A stretch of DNA of 64,000 bases, from the NCBI GenBank assembly GCA_052327205.1, contig CM126223.1, positions 64,790,001 through 64,854,000 on the forward strand, written 5' to 3'. Each line of letters starts with the position of its first letter. The stretch's first letter is position 1. This stretch comes from Somniosus microcephalus. Lineage: Eukaryota. The position numbers and the translations under genes are program-made. Positions 1 through 12,480 of the stretch are shown here, one piece after another. The notes under the pieces were generated by a model. The model saw only the letters and a list, made by a program, of their open reading frames with translations, was not told the DNA's origin and did not search any database.

Positions 1-584
1 CACTTCGCAAGAGTGCAAGGGACACAGCTGGATAGATTAGGAGAGAGTGAGAATAAAATGTACCCGAAACCGATTGATAGCTAAACATTGTAAGTTTTGA
101 AATGTCAAGTGTCCATCTGTTTCAGTGTGAACCATTGGGGTAGGTTTGGCGCATTTACTAGGATCTGGATTAAGAGTTTGAAAGTGACCCAACACTTTCC
201 AGCACGACACTGACAGGAACTCCATAATGTTAACTGTCTGCTAATTACAGTTTCTGCGATGGGACCTGCAGAGCATTGAAGTACAATGGAGCAAGATGAC
301 ACGGGTTTGATTCCACTTCTCACTCTCCGCAAGTCCTGATCAGAGTTGTCTGCAGCAGACAGAGGAAAAACTGGATGGAGGAAACCCAGCAGGTTGTACT
401 GGCCCCTTTTAACCAAGTACAGGAGCTTGTAAGGGTACTAGGTATTCAGCAAAAACAGATGGAGGAAACAAGTGCATCTGTAGTTTTTCATGAAGACACT
501 GCTCCTTTAATAGTACTAATCATTCTGTCTTGAACACACTCCTTTTAACCAGGTTTATTTAGTTCTACGGTTCTACTTTTACAG

Positions 585-791
585 CCTCTGGCTCTGGTTG
601 CATGGGGTAAAAGTCTGGAAATGTCAAAGATTGACCTAGCAGAAGCTGTTAATTGGCTGAGGAAGAGTGTAAACCGGGCACATGACTCCAAGATGAAAGA
701 TGACGGTATTTACAATTACCTGCTGATCTGGAAGGCAAAGTTGGCATCGGATAACAATGACCGGGTCGTCTGTCCTGGAAACCGAGTGAAG
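585..791 (+). CDS. TP53I13: TP53I13 internal coding exon (N-terminal conserved-domain region)
   Basis: Acceptor tttacag| and donor |gtaaac; 207 nt, phase 0/0. Translates PLALVAWGKSLEMSKIDLAEAVNWLRKSVNRAHDSKMKDDGIYNYLLIWKAKLASDNNDRVVCPGNRVK, which resembles the PL(V)LxAWGxxLEM segment I recall for TP53I13. Joins in frame to the exon at 2445. Confidence 0.85.
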
Positions 792-1263
792 GTAAACTGA
801 CCGGCTAAAAGAGCAAAATTAAAAGTCCTAACTGAAGGAGATACCTGCATATGGAGTCACCGTTAGGTTACTTGCTGTCTAAGCAACAGAACCTTTTTTT
901 TTTTTTTAAGCTGACACACGAGTTGCTGATGCAGACTTATTACAGCAGCTCACTAATTACTCTTGGTTGCTGGGACACACCTGGCCTACAGGAGTGGACT
1001 CGCTCCAGGTTAGGACTCAAAATTCATAATGGAAGAGTAAAAGCCCAAGGCCCATTATGTTGGCCCATCACAAATGCACAGTTTGATTGTTTTTGCACAT
1101 GACTTAGTTTGATATAACATTATGGAGGAGGGTTTTAATTTAATAGTAATCAGGATTCATAGGTGGACTTACTTAAATAAATTACATTAACAATAATAAG
1201 GCCTTAGGAGCCCATTATGGGCACTTTGCCACTAGCTATACAGAACAAAGTCCCCAGGTATGT

Positions 1264-2061
1264 CGTCGTCTTCTTTCTTAGGCAGTCCCTCGGAACCGAG
1301 GATGACTTGCTTCCACATTAAAAATGAGCTCGCAGGTGACTGATGAGTCCAATGCGGGACCTACAGTCTCTGTCACAGGTGGGGCAGACGGTGGTTGAAG
1401 GGGCGGGTGGGTGGGGTGCTTGGGTTGACGTGCGCTCCTTGCACTGTCTGCGCTTGGCTTCCTCTTGCTCCCGGCGAAGAGACTCTAGGTGTTTGGCGCC
1501 TTCCCGGATGCTTCTCCTCCACTTTGTGCGGTCTTGGGCCAGGGATTCCCAGGTGTCGGTGGGGATGTTACACTTTTTCCAAGGAGGCTTTGAGGGTGTC
1601 CTTGAAGCATTTCCTCTGCCCACCTGGGGCTTTCTTGCCGTGCCGGAGCTCCGAGTAAAGCGCTTGTTTTGGGAGTCTCGTATCGGGCATGCGGACAATG
1701 TGACCCGTCCATCAGAGCTGATTGAGCGTGGTCAGAGCTTTGATGCTGGGTATGTTGGCCTGAGCAAGAACACTGACGTTGGTGCGCCTATCCTGCCAAT
1801 GGATTTGCAGGGTCTTGCGGAGGCAGCGTTGGTGGTACCTCTCCAGTGCTTTGAGGTGCCTGCTGTACATGGTCCATGTCTCTGCGGCATAAAGGAGGGC
1901 GGGTATTACTACTGCTCTGTAGACCATGAGCTTGGTGCCGGGTTTGAGGTCCTGGTCTTCAAACACTCTCTTCCTCAGGCGACCGAAGGCTGCACTGGCA
2001 CACTGCAGGCGGTGTTGGACTTCGTCAGCGACGTCTGCCCTTATCGACAGTAGGCTCCCGC
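1264..2061 (-). mobile_element. 5'-truncated RTE-clade LINE (BovB/RTE-like), 3' end
   Basis: Frameshifted ORFs give GSLLS..DEVQHRLQCASAAFGRLRKRVF..TKLMVYRAVVIPALLYAAETWT and WESLAQDRTKWRR..CPTCDRDCRSRIGLISHLRAH (RTE C-terminus with C2H2 finger). Short repeat tail aagaaagaagacgacga. Candidate TSD tatgt at 1259-1263 and 2062-2066. Confidence 0.85.
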
Positions 2062-2444
2062 TATGTGCTGTATTAGTCAAGGCAATGGGAAGGCTGCTAC
2101 AATTGGTCTCAAGCATCCTTGTGGCTGATTTCCCCCCTTAATGTGCCCAATTCCTCCAGCTATTCTGACATTACTGGAAAACATGCACATCAGATCAGGC
2201 TCAACTTGTTATGCTGCACCCTGTCTATAAAGAGTCATTTTTAGTAGTTATATTGACCTCAACACACTTTAAATAGCTGTAAAACACTTTCCTGAAGGGG
2301 AACTGTATAAAATGTAAGTTTGTTCTCTCTTTCACAAGTGAAGGAGTTAAGCACAGATAATAATGCTGGTTTCAGACTTACAAAATATTTTAAAATTATT
2401 TAGCAATTTAAAAATGTTCATAAAATTGTCATTTTCTTTGGCAG

Positions 2445-3780
2445 AAAGTGCAACGCCATTTTACGAAAAGTGACCTTCAGTTAGAAACAACGAAATGGAA
2501 TAAAGTTGGAGAAAACACGCTGAGCAATGGACTGCATAATGGGCATGTGATTTTAAGGAGGAGAAGAAATACTGAGACCAGAGAACCTGCTCAAACCAGC
2601 AAACAGGTGGTAGAAGTGGCTTCTTCCAGGATATCTGTGCAGAGAAAGAAGCAAGATACTGATTCTGCAGGTGCTATGCCATTGTCCACTGGACAACCAG
2701 AGGTAGTAAGGAGACAGCCCCCGACTACCACTGTGGCAGCAGTAATTGCTGGAGGTTTGGAGCAGGCCACCGAGAGCAAGACTAATGCAAGGCAAGAGAC
2801 AAAGAAGGGAAGCTATGAAATTGGAGGTGAACAGAACAGAAACAAAAATGAATCGGAGTCCAAATTATGGAAAGTCGTCACAATATCTACCTTAAAGGAG
2901 CCACCTGTAAGTGAGGCCCATCAACACTCTTTACTGGACAGCAGTGCTGCCAAGCGGTTGCAAACAGGTAGTTTGGCTGTTCAACAGCAAAATTCTTATC
3001 AGCACCACCAAACGCACAACACTTCAGATCCTGCACTGGATTCACAAGTGAAAGCTCATCGGACTAATAGTGAAGATAATCCTCCACAGGAACACATTAA
3101 GAGCGGTGGAAGGATTATTGGCAAAGCTAACAACCAAATGGCTGAGACTCCTGCCATTAAGGAACAGCAGATTGCTAATACCAACTATGTTCTAGACCGT
3201 CAAGGTCTCAGTGGGGAGACAGGTCAAATGCTCAAGAATGGGAGCATAGTAAGTGGGGAAAATGTAAAGCCTCTGCAGCCACGGCAGAATTCAGCAATCT
3301 CTTCCAAAAATGACATTGGAGCTAAGCAAAACGAGGATACGGATGAAAGCTACACTGGAGAGCTGGGTAGTGACAGAACAGTACAAAAAGTGGATGCAGC
3401 TTCCTCAAAGACAAATGAGACCGTGAGCCAGAATGCTCAGGATAATCGTAACAACAGCGTAACAGTGGATTCTGGGAACGTTAAGTGCAAATGTGAAGCG
3501 GGGGCATCCCCAAATGTACAGACTGCTCCGGAGGGTGCAGATTCAAATAACCTAAAGGCAGGGGCCCTTAAGAAAACCCAACACCATCCTGCAGACAGGA
3601 CACTGTATGTACCCACTCCACGAACAGAGGAAACCGCTTGGGCAGCAGCTGCGCTCACGTTTCTCTTTGTGTTCCTGACACTGGCAGTGTTGTATACAAG
3701 GCTGTACAGAAAATTCATAAAGAGCGACAGTTTATACTGGGCACCGGTTCCAGGCATTGATGGACAAGAAAGTGTAGCAG
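2445..3780 (+). CDS. TP53I13: TP53I13 large coding exon: long polar low-complexity region followed by a transmembrane segment
   Basis: Acceptor tttctttggcag| and donor G|gtgaaa; 1336 nt open, phase 0/1. Ends PTPRTEETAWAAAALTFLFVFLTLAVLYTRLYRKFIKSDSLYWAPVPGIDGQESVA, matching the TP53I13 signature PTPRTEEAAWAAxALTFLLVLLTLA...YW. Lies tail-to-tail with GIT1 as in human. Confidence 0.9.
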
Positions 3781-3821
3781 GTGAAACTTTGCTAAATGCA
3801 TGGCTGGGTAACTTTTTTTTT

Positions 3822-4280
3822 AAAGAAAGATTTGCATTTATATCGCGCCTTTCACACCACCACACGTCCCGAAGTGCTTTACAGCCAATGAAGTACTTTT
3901 TGAAGTGTAGTCACTGTTGTAATGTAGGAAACGCGGCAACCAATTTGCACACAGCAAGCTCCCACAAACAGCAATGTGATAATGACCAGATAATGTTTTT
4001 TAGTGATGTTGATTGAGGGATAAATATTGGCCAGGACACGGGAGAACTCCTCTGCTCTTCAAAATAGTGCCATGGGATCTTTTACATCCACCTGAGAGAG
4101 CAGACGGAGCCTCGGTTTAACGTCTCATCCGAAAGACGGCACCTCCAACAGTGCAGCACTCCCTCAGTACTGCACTGGAGCGTCAGCCTAGATTTTTGTG
4201 CTCAAGTCCCTGAAGTGGGACTCGAACCCACAACCTTCTGACTCACAAGCGAGGCTGCTACCAACTGAACCATGGGTGAC
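3822..4280 (-). mobile_element. tRNA-derived DeuSINE-type SINE (SacSINE1/AmnSINE-like), full length
   Basis: Head with A box (tggttcagttggta) and B box (ggttcgagtcc); central gctgtgtgcaaattggttgccgcgtttcc; tail aaaggcgcgatataaatgcaa. Same family as 12945, 20540, 22978 and 47823. Confidence 0.85.
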
Positions 4281-4859
4281 ACATTTGAATGTGAAACTTT
4301 TGTTGGAGAGGAAAAAAGGTAATTTAAGAGGCAATGTCTTGAGATAAAAATAGCTGCAGCCCCTGCCATGGTGGCATTGCTCACTGTGAGCTGCTTCGGC
4401 AGCACTGGCATCTTCCAGGAGTGAATTAGCCAATGCGATCATGCTGGGCATCACTCAGAAGTGGCAGCTAGCCAAAAGTGTAGCAGGTGCAACTTTTATT
4501 TGTTAAAGGTTGCCTATCCACAAATTTAGAATGGGAAACATTTGGCGGAGAGGAATTTGATGCAGGTATGAGGGAGCAGGAAGCCCGTGGAAACTGTTTG
4601 ATGAGTTTAGATAGAGTTAGAGAAATTTATCCTCACCAGAATGCTTTTTAAAAAAAAAGTATATGCAGATTTTACATTTGAGGAAACTACCAATTTTTCC
4701 CAGCACTGGAATAGGTCAAGGCACCATCCTGAGGTAGACTGGGTAGGAATGTCCGAGGTTCATGACTTTCATTGTGTTGAGTCAGAAACAAGTCAAAATT
4801 GAAAAGGGAGCAGCCCAGTCACTCCCACTGGTAAGACCCTCTCATCTTCACTTCAAGGT

Positions 4860-5700
4860 GCGCAGATTTGAGCGTATTTGGCACACAACTGATATAGCCA
4901 TCGGTCACCAGCTCTGGCTGGACTACACCAAGCTTTACCAAGCCTCACTCTCCTCTGCCCAAAACCACCCACTACTCTAGGATCATCCTGTAAAGCAAAG
5001 ATAACACCGTTAGAGATCATCTGTTCAGCTTCCCCCTTTCTCCTTGCCTAAATGACCATATCCCGCCCCCTCCCCTCACCCCAGCATCCTCCCCAAGCTC
5101 ATCTCGTCTACAAGACCCAACCTCCTGCTCCCTTAATCCAATTACCACAAAACTGCTGATCAACCAATGTTCCTTCCTGGTCCCATGTGAGCTGACATTG
5201 TAAATGGTTTGTTGTGCTCAGGCATGGTCTGCCTACCTTTTAAAACTCTTGTCGTCATCAACCCTTGACCCTATCTGTCCTTGCAAATTACCACCCCATC
5301 ATCAACCTTTGTTTCTTCTCCAAAGTCCTTGCACCTGTTGTCACCTCCCAGACTTGTGCTCCTCTCTCCCACAGCCCTGTCTGAATCTCTCCAATTAGGT
5401 TTCGGTGTTTCACACAGCACTAAAACAGCCCTAACCAAAAAGTTACAAATGACTCTTGGATTGGGTTACGTTTGTGTTGCCAATACTACTGGTTTGACAG
5501 CTCATCCCGTCCTGGATAAGCTGCAATTTCCTCTATCGAAAAATTAGAAGATTGAAGCCATTGTCATCATCCCCTGACCCAAACTCTCATACCCGACTCT
5601 GTTCCTCACTTTGACCACGGTCTCGGATTAAACCAGACGGTTTGCAACCTCGGCATCCTATTCAACCCTGAACTGAATCCCTAATATCGCCACCTTTAAC
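4860..5700 (+). mobile_element. Degraded L2-type LINE remnant
   Basis: C-rich decayed reverse-transcriptase segments (ggtttc..cacagcactaaaacagccctaaccaaa; aacctcggcatcctattcaaccctgaactga) similar to the opposite-strand remnants at 21540 and 56590. Confidence 0.55.
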
Positions 5701-6819
5701 TCAGCATCTGTTTTTTCTTTACACTTCGATGAAATATCTTAGGCACTGGATCAATACAATTTGTTGCTGAGGATTTGTTTGCTGTGAGATATTTATGCAT
5801 GAGGAAGCCCACTATAACAGATTGTCTCAATAATAAAACTCAAGGAAAGGGTTATAGTCGTAGAGAGTACAGGGCCAGATAAAAGTGGGCAGTTATAGAG
5901 GGCGAGTGAGTAGGATTAGACTCGGGAGTCATCACAGGTTGGTGAAATAGTTAGGCTAGCACTGGATCTTGAGAGCTAGACATTGAGGATTGAAGGTGGA
6001 AACTATTGCAGGATTGGCAAACAAAGGAGACACATACCGAGGGAAACTAAAGAAAATAGGAATATTGCCTGTATTAAGGGAAAATGTAAGAGGAAAGATT
6101 GAGAAGTAATTCATTAAATTACAATAATGAACAGACAACACTGTCTCTTAATGCAGAAGGAAACCAGGTCATAGAGGAAAAGTTACGTAGAAAACCCAAG
6201 AGGATAGCTGAAAAAAAAGGTACAGGGAGATTGTAATCAGAGGGGACTTTTTCCTCAAGCATAGCCATGTTTGTCATAAAGACAATCCCTATAGGAACGG
6301 TTTACATAGAGCTAGAGCACTATGTAGAGAAAAGGTTAAAAAGAGACCCCTAATCATGGTAGTCCACATAGGGATAACCACACTAAGAAATAAGACCTTA
6401 AAAGTCATGTATTCAAACACTGCCTCAAAACTCAAAGATAGGGAATGCAGATGTTTGGTAAAGGGGGGGGGGGAAGCTTACAAACAAAATTAAGGATGTA
6501 AATAAAAGTGTGGCAGACTGATGCAAGAGTAATGATGCAATTTTCATAAGTAACTTAGAATATTTTCAGAACAAAAAGGACTGCTACAGGAGAGACCAAG
6601 TGCAACTGAACAAACCAGGAATGGCGAGACTTGCAAAGCACCGATTGGAAACCATTTAAATTCGATAGGCAGGGTGAGCAGGGGGAAGAAATTGAATCCT
6701 AGAAAAATGCTGATCAAAGACAGGAAGGCAGGCACATGGTTATGCCCACTAACTCTGAGGTGTACAGGAACCAGTTACCAGAAAAGGCAGACACCTATGG
6801 GCCTACAAACAGGAATCAA

Positions 6820-7600
6820 ATCTAAACTATCAATGAATTTAGATGAATGCTAGAAGCATTAGCAATAAGATGCCTGAACTGGAGGCTCTTGTAGCAGTAG
6901 GAACCCACTTAACACAGTCCTAGTTTTTCAAAGTCTCATAACCGTAACCTCTCATAACTTGGCATCATCTTAGTTAATCTATGGTGCACCTTTTCCATGG
7001 CTCCAATATCCTTTCTACAGTGAGGTGCCCAAAATGGTACAGTACTTTTTGTATTTAATGCCTCTATATATAAAAAGCCCAGGATCCCATCTGACTTTTA
7101 GAACCACTTGTAGTTCTGTTGTTACAGATGTGTGTATACACCTACATTTCTCCGTTCCAACACTCCATTGAGAATTTTACTATTTAGGCTGTATTTCCAT
7201 TCTCTATTCCTTTACCCCCCAAAAGTACTACTTCACATTTACTTACAATGAACTGCATTTGCCACATCTCTGTCCACTCCCTTAACCTGCCTGTGGCCTC
7301 CTTCCTAATTCTTAATAAAATATTGGTATAATTCCCAACACCAATTTCTGAGGTAAATCACCGATTACATCTTGCCAATTGAGAACTATCCATTCACTAC
7401 CAAGTGTCTGCTTTCTACACATCAGCCAACATGCTATGTATCCATTATCTTTGCAACAATTCTTGTTCTGTACTTTTGCAAACATTTATTCTTTTTATAA
7501 AGTCCCAATATGCCACGTCAACTTTTGCAATCAGCAATTTCCTTGAAAAATTCACTGAAATTAGTCAATCATGACCTGCCCTTTACAAATCTATTTTAGT
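6820..7600. mobile_element. Highly degraded CR1-type LINE fragments
   Basis: 6847-6892 on + reads NARSISNKMPELEAL, like the start of a CR1 ORF2 endonuclease. 6950-7590 on - has decayed RT-region motifs (gtcaatcatgacctgccctttacaaat). Confidence 0.45.
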
Positions 7601-7691
7601 CAGTACCCCCCCACCCCAGGACTCATTGCATCATAAGGTATACAACTTTAAATGTTTTATAAACAAAATTAAATTATTTGGTCTCTTACAG

Positions 7692-7804
7692 ATATCATAA
7701 AGAGAAGACTCATCAGGTTTGGGAAGAGGAGGAAAAAAAAGCCGCCATCCAGAAAGAAATCCATTTCACCCTATGATGTTGTTCCAAGTGACAACAGTGA
7801 TTGA
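7692..7804 (+). CDS. TP53I13: TP53I13 last coding exon (basic cytoplasmic tail)
   Basis: Acceptor tctcttacag|, phase 1, completes a GAT codon. Translates (D)IIKRRLIRFGKRRKKKPPSRKKSISPYDVVPSDNSD* with TGA at 7802-7804, resembling the basic KRRL tail of TP53I13. Confidence 0.85.
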
Positions 7805-9828
7805 CGCTACCAAAGATGTTGATTAGGTCTACAGCTCCATTAGAGGAGTGCTCCGATCCAGCCTCTTAAAAGTAGCTGTTTACTGCAGTCGAGAGGTGGA
7901 ACTATATCTGCAAAAAACAGCGATGCTGGAGGGAAAAATAAAGTGCAAAGGATGGCAGAGAAATTATATCACAAGCAGTTTGAAATTATATATTTTACTA
8001 AAGACTTGTGTGACACAGGTTACTTCGTTCACGATGTAAATCAAGCATTGCGTCAAGGTTCATTCTGGAAGACTACAGTTGTTTGAGAAATGATCTTCCC
8101 TAACGTTCCGTTTCATAACTCACTTGTGCGATTTCATTCCAACCCTACAAAGCACTTTACACAATAGTTGCCTGTAGAGTTTAAATATATCCATGTTAAG
8201 TATATTTTCATAAAGTGATAAGACATCAAAGGATTATATGGTGTATGTAGCAAACTTCAAATCATACCTTCTTCTGAACCTGCAATGTCCAAGATTTCCC
8301 ATCATTCGTAACAATAATTCACAGCAGATTTAGGTCCCTTTGTTTGGAAGGTTAAAACTTTCACATTTTAGTTTTTAAAACATTAAAAATGAACTGCTGA
8401 GTTGTGTCATCAGGTTCAGCATCAAATAGAACATCACCTTAATTGATTTGACCTTAAAACTGTTCAATGTAGCTGGAAGTAGGTTGGCCTTACATGAGAT
8501 AGAAGAGATAGAGGGATATGGGGGCAGGGTGGGAAGTGGCTCATGTATAGTATAAACACCGGCATAGACCAGTTTCTGTGCTGTAGATTCTACCTAATGC
8601 TGTGGGCTGTGGCGACTTGCTGTAGAGTCAGGTTTTTGCAGAATCAATTCCTGCTTGTTCCCCAATGCATGACAACCTTGAGAAGAAGTTTATTTTAATT
8701 TTAAATAACTCTTTACAAATATTGTTAGCTAGGGAGCAGCAATCTTTGTTTCTTACTATAAAGGCACAAACTAGAATTTCTTGTGTGTGTGCCAGTCTTG
8801 TCTTTCAAAGACTATAATGAAATAGCCAACTGCACCACCCATTCTTGTCCAAACTCTTAAATGAAAGGGAAGCTTTCAGAAGCTACAAAATTAAACACCC
8901 AGCCCTTCAAATTCATGATACAATTTTAAACAGACATTAAATCATTTTTGCCTGAAGCCATTGACTCAGTTACTCCCAGTGAGTGGCATTAAGTTATGGA
9001 TTATCATGAAGTAGTCATAATTTACATAGGAGTTTGATTTCACCTCAGAATTGGCTGCTGCGCTCGAGTATAATGGAGAAAGCAGATCAAAAAACGATTA
9101 AAAAAAAAAATTAAGTGGCAATCAGAAATTCATATTTGAACTCTGCCCAGATTTTTGTTTTCACCTCCTGCTAAACAACTTCTGCTGTACTTAAAAACAA
9201 ACACAAAAGTCTCATTTTCCTGATGGGAGGAAATCTCCAGAAAGCAGGTTTTTCCAAACCAAACTCTATCTGTAACTTGTTGGGGTGGGTACATAAAAAC
9301 TAAACTGCTTACCAAGCACAAAGGAGGAAGTGCTGCCACCTCATTGATGATGAGGGAAACTCTGACTGCAAAAATAGACTTCTAGTAGATTGAGTAATTA
9401 TTTTTGTATTGCGTGTAAAAGGCTAAATTGAAAGCTGCAGGAGTGGGGAGTAATTTTATGGGATTTTACTGCAGGGGCATAGAAAAATATTCACACCAAT
9501 GGGTGTGCAATTTTCATTTTATATTTAAATACAAAATGAGTATAGCATTGTAGTGTATTACTGACTTTTGTATTGAGACAAACCCAATTGGAAATGGTAT
9601 TCACGGAGTAAATTTAAATGCACCGCGATTTGTCAGTATAACTCAGGGTGGTGTTACACAAATGTTGATTTGTGTCAGACATGATCCATTTTCAGCCGTA
9701 TCCTTGGGTCTCCATCTGCCAGGTTTAAATGATGCAAATAAGCTTAAAACAAATTCGGCAGCATTCAGTTACCTTAAACATGCATTTGTTAGAAGTGAGT
9801 GACATTTATTTTCTATGAAGGTAGGTGA

Positions 9829-9972
9829 ATAGGGAAAGTGATTCATTACTCAAAACGGGCATTTCATGGTTACTGGGAATTTTTATGCAAAACAGCGGCA
9901 CGCTATAGCAATAAGTAAAAATTCACAAGATTTGTCGTGGGATGTCATCCCACATCAAATCACTTTCCCTAT
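9829..9972. repeat. Small MITE-like element bounded by a perfect 15-bp inverted repeat
   Basis: atagggaaagtgatt (9829-9843) and aatcactttccctat (9958-9972). Confidence 0.6.
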
Positions 9973-10854
9973 AGTGTCATGGACAAAATATTTTCAAATA
10001 AATGTTAAATTATATTTCTGTGGTACATGATTTGATTATTTTCCAGAAAATAAAATTTTAGAATTTACTTCAAATTATTTTCTTTCCAGATGTCTGTTCT
10101 TAATTTTCCAGAGTTTTACTGCCCCAAATCTTGGAAAGATGCCCATAGATCGGCTTCTCCTTTGTACTACTTGTTCATTTTGTATTTGGTGTGCACTCAG
10201 GTTTTAGGAGTTCTTTATTCCCAAAGTGCAAGTAGTTAAAGGAAAGTAGTGGCTTGAATTTTCTTTTGGAGTGCATAGAAGAGAGGGAGTAGGTAGGAAG
10301 ACAGGCAGACTGAAATGCAGTTATATCTGACAGCTCTCTCCTATTGGAATATGGAGCGAGAAAAAGCAACCAGAATTAGCGAGTGAGGTAGTGGGCCAGA
10401 GACATTCCACCTCTGGGATCTGGTCTGAACTAATCACAACTACGAATGCAATGATGAGCATCATCTTTTAATGCTGTTATGGTTGCAATCTCCAACACAA
10501 AATGGTCATCTGGTCATGAGCTCAGAAAACAAGGCTCTCCAATTTTGAAGTAGAGAATTCTGTTCTGAGGCGAGCAGTGACTTAAGGCTCATTGATCTAG
10601 GAACCAGGAGCACTTAATGAAATGACTATATTTTCAGCAATGCTGCACAACTTAAATGCAGGTGTAACTCAGCCAGACACTGCAGCACAGCTACCACTGT
10701 AAGGCTTTAAAGTTAGAGACAGTTTAAAAAAAATTCACTGGCCTAGAATAAGGTCACACAATGTTGCATTCTTTTAAAGATTTATAAAAACAAAAGTGAA
10801 CCACCTAATTTTAAGTTACAGCACTAGAAGGTATGGGATTTAATTTTTTTTTTA

Positions 10855-12480
10855 AATTCATTTTTATGGGATGTGGGCGTCACTGGCAAGGCCAGCATTT
10901 ATTGCCCATCCCTAATGGCCCTCGAGAAGGTGGTGGCGAGCCGCCTTCTTGAACTGCTGCAGTCCGTGTGGTGAAGGTACTCCCACAGTGCTATTAGGTA
11001 GGCAGTTCCAGGATTTTGACCCAGCAACAATGAAGGATCGGCGATATGCTTCTAAGTCAGGATGATGTGTGACTTGGAGGGGAACTTGGAGGCGGTGGTG
11101 TTCCCATGCGGTTGCTGCCCTTGTCCTTCTAGGTGGAAGAGGTCGCGGGTTTGGGAGGAGCTGCCGAAGAAGCCTGGGCAAGTTGCTGCAGTGCATCTTG
11201 TAGATGGTACACTGCAGCCACGGTACGCCAGTGGTGGAAGGAGTGGATGTTTAAAGTGGTGGATGGGGTGCCAATCAAGCGAGCTGCTTTGTCCTGGATG
11301 GTGTCGACCTCGAGTGTTGTTGGAGCTGCACTCATTCAGGCAAATCGAGAGTATTCCATCACACTCCTTACTTGTGCCTTGTAGATGGTAGGCTTTGGGG
11401 AGTCAGGTGAGACACCACAGAATACCTAGCCTCTGACCTACTCTTGTAGCCACAGTATTTATGACTGGTCCAGTTAAGTTTTTGGTGAATGGTGACCCCC
11501 AGGATGTTGATGGCAGGCGATTTGGTGATGGTAATGCCATTGAATGTCAAGGGGCGGTGTTTAGACTCTCGCTTGTTGGAGATAGTCATTGCCTGGCACT
11601 TCTGTGGCACGAATGTTACCTGCCACTTACTAGCCCAAGCTGAACATCATCCAGGTCTTGTTGCATGTGGGCATGGACTGCTTGATTATCTGAGGAGTTG
11701 TGAATGGCACTGAACACTGCAGTCATCAGCGAACATCCCCATTTCTGACCTTATGTTGGAGGGAAGGTCATTGATGAAGCAGCTGAAGATGGTTGGGCCT
11801 AGGACACTATCCTGAGGAACTCCTGCAGTGATGTCCTGGGGCTGTGATGATTGAAGGTCAATCATCACAACCATCTTCCTTTGTGCTAGATATGACTCCA
11901 GCCAGTGGAGAGTTTGCTCCCCAGATTCCCATTGACTTCAGTTTTACTAGGGCTCCTTCATGCCACACTCAGTCAAATGCTGCCTTGATGTCAAGGGCAG
12001 TCACTCTCACCTCTGGAATTCAGCTCCTTTGTTCATGTTTGGACCAAGGCTGTAATGAGGTTGGGAGCAGAGTGGTCTTGGCGGAACCCAAACTGGGCAT
12101 TAGTGAACAGGTTATTGGTAAGTGCCTCTCGATAGCACTGTCAATGACACCTTCCATCACTTTGCTGATGATTGAGAGTAGATTGATAGGGCAGTAATTG
12201 GCTGGGTTGGATTTGTCCTGCTTTTTGTGGACAGGACATATCTGGGCAGTTTTCCATTGTCGGATAGATGCCAGTGTTGTAGCTGTACTGGAACAGCTTG
12301 GCTAGAGGCACAGCTAGTTCTGGAGCACAACTCTTCAGAACGATAGCCGGGATATTGTCAGGGCCCATGGCCTTCGCTGTATCCAGTGCGCTCTGCTGCT
12401 TCTTGATATCACGTGGAGTGAATCGAATTGGCTGAAGACTGGCTTCCGTGATGATGGGGACGGCAGGAGGAGGTCCAGAC
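10855..12480 (-). mobile_element. 5'-truncated CR1-group LINE of a family distinct from the CR1 copies at 37-46 kb, frameshifted
   Basis: RT fragments KAMGPDNIPAIVLKSCAPELAVPLAKLFQYSYNTGIYP, AGVPQDSVLGPTIFSCFINDLP..MFADD and PQKCQAMTISNKR; 3' tail agggatgggcaataaatgctggcc. Confidence 0.85.

Noticed and set aside
1343-2053. 236-aa plus-strand ORF
   Set aside because: Antisense shadow of the GC-rich RTE fragment; no recognisable domain.
3781-4016. C-terminal 78 aa of the 522-aa ORF 2448-4016 as real protein
   Set aside because: It reads past the splice donor at 3781 into an antisense SINE; the true C-terminus is the exon at 7692-7804.
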